Made by a program: the position numbers and the translations under genes
In this document: positions 18,486 to 21,086 of the stretch, piece after piece
Position numbering within the stretch: position 1 is the stretch's first letter
How the letters are laid out: each line of letters begins with the position of its first letter
The notes under the pieces: model-generated
The model's input: the letters and a program-made list of their open reading frames with translations, nothing else
The model's database searches: none
Told to the model about the DNA's origin: nothing
NCBI GenBank assembly: GCA_017410375.1
Contig: JAFQQW010000037.1
Location: 1-21,086, forward strand
Direction of reading: 5' to 3'
From: Clostridia bacterium
Lineage (GTDB): Bacteria; Bacillota; Clostridia; RGIG6154
DNA length: 21,086 nt

Positions 18486-19059
18486 TATCCTGCTTATTCT
18501 GCTCAGCGGTATTTTGACCCAGAACTTTATTTTCTCCCGTTTTATGGGTATCTGTCCGTTCCTCGGGGTATCCAAAAAAATTCCGACCGCCTTTGGTATG
18601 GGTATGGCGGTAACCTTTGTTATGACCTTAGCAGGTACCGTAACATTTCTGGTTTACAAATATGTGCTGATTCCCTTTGAAATCGAATACATGAAAACCA
18701 TTGCCTTTATTTTTATCATTGCGGCATTGGTTCAGTTTGTGGAAATGGCTCTGCAGAAATATGTGCCCTCACTGTATGCGGCACTTGGCATTTATCTGCC
18801 CTTAATTACCACCAACTGCGCGGTACTCGGTGCGGTGCTGTTGGTTGTAGATACCTTAAAATATGAAACCCTGATTGAAGCAATTGCTTTCAATTTCAGC
18901 GCAGCTTTAGGCTTTACCATGGCAATCGTGCTGATGGCGGGGGTAAGAGAGCGCCTGGAAACGGCGCCCATCCCTGAATTTTTAAAGGGCTTCCCCATTG
19001 TATTGATTTCCGCGGCGCTGATTTCCATGGCGTTTACGGGACTTAGCTTTAACTTGTAA
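18478..19059 (+). CDS. rnfA: Rnf complex subunit A (NqrE-like, membrane)
   Basis: 193-aa ORF with an 8-nt overlap with rnfE. Motifs are FMGICPFLGVS and LGIYLPLITTNCAVLGAVLL. Confidence 0.92.
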   Translation: MTNILLILLSGILTQNFIFSRFMGICPFLGVSKKIPTAFGMGMAVTFVMTLAGTVTFLVYKYVLIPFEIEYMKTIAFIFIIAALVQFVEMALQKYVPSLYAALGIYLPLITTNCAVLGAVLLVVDTLKYETLIEAIAFNFSAALGFTMAIVLMAGVRERLETAPIPEFLKGFPIVLISAALISMAFTGLSFNL

Positions 19060-19077
19060 TCGGGGGGAGGAAGAAAA

Positions 19078-19875
19078 ATGCAATACATAATTCCGGCAAT
19101 AATTTTTGCCATTATCGGTCTGGTATTGGGTGGCATGCTTGCTATTGCTGCAAAGTTTTTTGCCGTAGACAGCGACCCGAGAATTGAAGAAATCTGCGGA
19201 TGCTTACCCGGTGCAAATTGCGGCGGTTGCGGTTTTGCAGGCTGTAGTGCCTGTGCGGCAGCGATTGTAAGCGGCCAAGCGCCTATTACCGCCTGTCCCG
19301 GTGTTCCTGCGGACAGCTTAAAGAAAATGTGCGCCATCATGGGTGTAGAAGCGGTGGAAAAAGAAGAAATGTGCGCGGTTGTCCGTTGTCAGGGCAACAT
19401 GGAAAATGCCATTTACAAATATTTCTTTGACGGTTCTAAAACCTGCGCGGATATTGCGGCGTTAAAGGGTGGCGACAAGATGTGCTCTTATGCATGTCTC
19501 GGCTATGGCGACTGCCAGAATGCCTGTGAATTCGGTGCCATCACCATGGAAAACGGCATTGCGAAAATTGACCGCAACGTATGTACAGGCTGTGGCGTTT
19601 GCGCGAAAACCTGTCCCCGCTCCGTGATTGAACTGATGCCCAAAACCGCAAAGGTGCAGGTGCTTTGTAAGTCCAAAGACAAGGGCGCCATCATGAAAGC
19701 CAACTGTTCTGTGGGCTGTATCGGCTGTAAAATTTGTGAAAAGGCTTGTCCGACGCAGGCAATTTCGGTAACCGACAACTTTGCCACTGTGGATGTACAA
19801 AAATGCACAGGTTGCGGCGCATGCGTAGAAAAATGCCCGAAAAAGATTATCCATTTGTTAGGTGAACAATGTTGA
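19078..19875 (+). CDS. rnfB: Rnf complex subunit B (membrane-anchored polyferredoxin)
   Basis: 265-aa ORF with an N-terminal TM helix, a Cys-rich Fe-S domain (CGCLPGANCGGCGFAGCSACAAA) and further CxxCxxCxxxC(P) motifs (CLGYGDCQNACE, CTGCGVCAKTCP, CIGCKICEKACP, CTGCGACVEKCP). A GGGGGAGG Shine-Dalgarno lies upstream. Confidence 0.9.
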   Translation: MQYIIPAIIFAIIGLVLGGMLAIAAKFFAVDSDPRIEEICGCLPGANCGGCGFAGCSACAAAIVSGQAPITACPGVPADSLKKMCAIMGVEAVEKEEMCAVVRCQGNMENAIYKYFFDGSKTCADIAALKGGDKMCSYACLGYGDCQNACEFGAITMENGIAKIDRNVCTGCGVCAKTCPRSVIELMPKTAKVQVLCKSKDKGAIMKANCSVGCIGCKICEKACPTQAISVTDNFATVDVQKCTGCGACVEKCPKKIIHLLGEQC

Positions 19876-21086
19876 AAAAATTATGTCTTTTTATTCTGAT
19901 GACGCTGCTCCTTTTGGAAATGCTTCCTGTAACGGCGGCAAAAAAGGAAAAGGATCCGCTTGAATTAAACTGTATTTCGGCAGTTTTGATGGATGCGGAT
20001 ACAGAGCAGGTTGTGTATCAGAAAAATATGAATAAAAAAGCATATCCTGCAAGCATCACAAAGGTGCTTACGGTGTATCTGGCGGCACTCAACTGTCAGC
20101 CGGACGAAAAAATTACGGCGTCCGAGGCGGCGATTGATGCAGTCCCCAGAGACAGCACCAATATTGCCATCGACTACGGCGAAATTTTAACGGTGGAGCA
20201 GGCGGCAAATGCGGCAATGCTCATGTCTGCCAACGATGCGTCTAACCTTTTGGCTGAGCATGTGTCGGGAGATATGAAAGCCTTTGCAAAGCTGATGAAC
20301 AAAACGGCTCTGCAGTTTGGTGCGGAACGTTCCAATTTTACAAATTCCAACGGCTTGCCGGATGAAAATCATTACACAACCGCACTGGATTTCGCAAAAA
20401 TTACTGCAAATGCCATCAGAAATGAAGCGTTTATGGGATATTTTTGCAACAAAGAATATACCATTTCGCCCACCAACAAAAAGGATGAGGCAAGACCCAT
20501 GTCCTCTAAGCATCGGATGCTGATATGGGATTCTTATAAGCCTTTGGGCGCTAAAGGCGGTAAAACCGGCTACACCACGCAGGCAAAGCATACTGCGGTG
20601 ACCTATGCGGAAAAAGACGGCAGAAAATGGATTGCGGTTGTGCTGGGTGCATCTACTTTAAACGACCAGCTTAACGATACCGAAGCCCTTTTGACTTACG
20701 GAAACGAAGAAGTTTCTTCGGTGACCCTCTCGGCTGAGGATATCGGTACAACACAAATTGGTGATGTTACATATGCACCGGTCGGAGAAATTCGTATTTA
20801 TCTTTTAGACGGCATGCGTTCTGAGGATTTAACCTATGAATTCAATAAAAAGCAGGTATCTGTTCTGGACAAAGACGGAAACGTGTTGGGCAGTCTTCCT
20901 GCCGAGGTGAAAAAACCGGCAAAAAAAGGAAAAACCTTTGCCGAAACATTGCTGACTATCGCGCTCTGGATTTTAGGCATTGTAGTGGTGTTTGAAATCT
21001 GGCGACGTCACAACATCCGCAAGCAACGCAGAAAGCGCCGTATGCAAAAGTGGAAAAATCAAATGGATAACAGGAATCAAAAATAA
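19869..21086 (+). CDS. Serine-type D-Ala-D-Ala carboxypeptidase (peptidase S11, low-molecular-weight PBP) with a C-terminal TM anchor and basic tail
   Basis: 405-aa ORF with a signal peptide (MLKKLCLFILMTLLLLEMLPVTAA), SxxK (S62-ITK), SxN (SAND) and KTG (KTGYT) motifs, a C-terminal hydrophobic helix (LLTIALWILGIVVVFEIW) and a 27-aa tail with 13 Arg/Lys. The start overlaps the rnfB stop (ATGTTGA). The stop codon is the last triplet of the window. Confidence 0.88.
   Translation: MLKKLCLFILMTLLLLEMLPVTAAKKEKDPLELNCISAVLMDADTEQVVYQKNMNKKAYPASITKVLTVYLAALNCQPDEKITASEAAIDAVPRDSTNIAIDYGEILTVEQAANAAMLMSANDASNLLAEHVSGDMKAFAKLMNKTALQFGAERSNFTNSNGLPDENHYTTALDFAKITANAIRNEAFMGYFCNKEYTISPTNKKDEARPMSSKHRMLIWDSYKPLGAKGGKTGYTTQAKHTAVTYAEKDGRKWIAVVLGASTLNDQLNDTEALLTYGNEEVSSVTLSAEDIGTTQIGDVTYAPVGEIRIYLLDGMRSEDLTYEFNKKQVSVLDKDGNVLGSLPAEVKKPAKKGKTFAETLLTIALWILGIVVVFEIWRRHNIRKQRRKRRMQKWKNQMDNRNQK

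Noticed and set aside
16355-19854. Long antisense or alternate-frame ORFs across the rnf operon (16355-16819 -, 17000-17290 +, 17193-17519 -, 17885-18115 -, 18137-18463 -, 18792-19340 -, 19462-19854 -, 19503-19808 -)
   Set aside because: The rnf genes are relatively GC-rich and codon-biased membrane or Fe-S protein genes, which generates long stop-free antisense frames. All six rnf genes are confidently assigned, and the shadow ORFs lack ribosome-binding sites and domains.
20187-20591. 134-aa - strand ORF and 68-aa + alternate-frame ORF inside the PBP gene
   Set aside because: They overlap a CDS with intact SxxK/SxN/KTG motifs and have no independent support.

Overview
This window is the chromosomal replication-origin neighbourhood of a low-GC Bacillota (Clostridia-like) anaerobe. 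The taxon call is an inference from gene order, the Rnf operon and a PPi-type PFK. Every gene except one regulator is on the + strand. In order, the window holds: (1) an AraC-family regulator (- strand) promoted divergently from a Gfo/Idh/MocA oxidoreductase plus TIM-barrel isomerase pair; (2) a monocistronic DivIVA-domain coiled-coil protein; (3) a family-6 (hypoxanthine) DNA glycosylase; (4) a PPi-type phosphofructokinase followed by a YycI-like membrane protein; (5) the canonical dnaA - oriC - dnaN - small DUF370/RemB-like ORF - recF - gyrB - gyrA block; (6) a complete rnfCDGEAB operon with a translationally coupled S11 D-Ala-D-Ala carboxypeptidase. I saw no rRNA, tRNA, CRISPR array, transposase, integrase, or recognisable toxin or defence gene. 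I do not see convincing evidence of a novel multi-gene system, and this is mostly ordinary core genome. The points worth a second look are small-scale: the architecture of oriC (co-oriented G-variant DnaA boxes on one side of dnaA only, plus a consensus Spo0A box); about 5 kb of + strand genes pointing into the origin; a RemB-like ORF where an S4 gene normally sits; unusual quinolone-pocket residues in GyrA and GyrB; two consensus promoters sharing a palindromic -10; an unassigned structured intergenic element at 85-170; and a PBP gene overlapping the rnfB stop codon.
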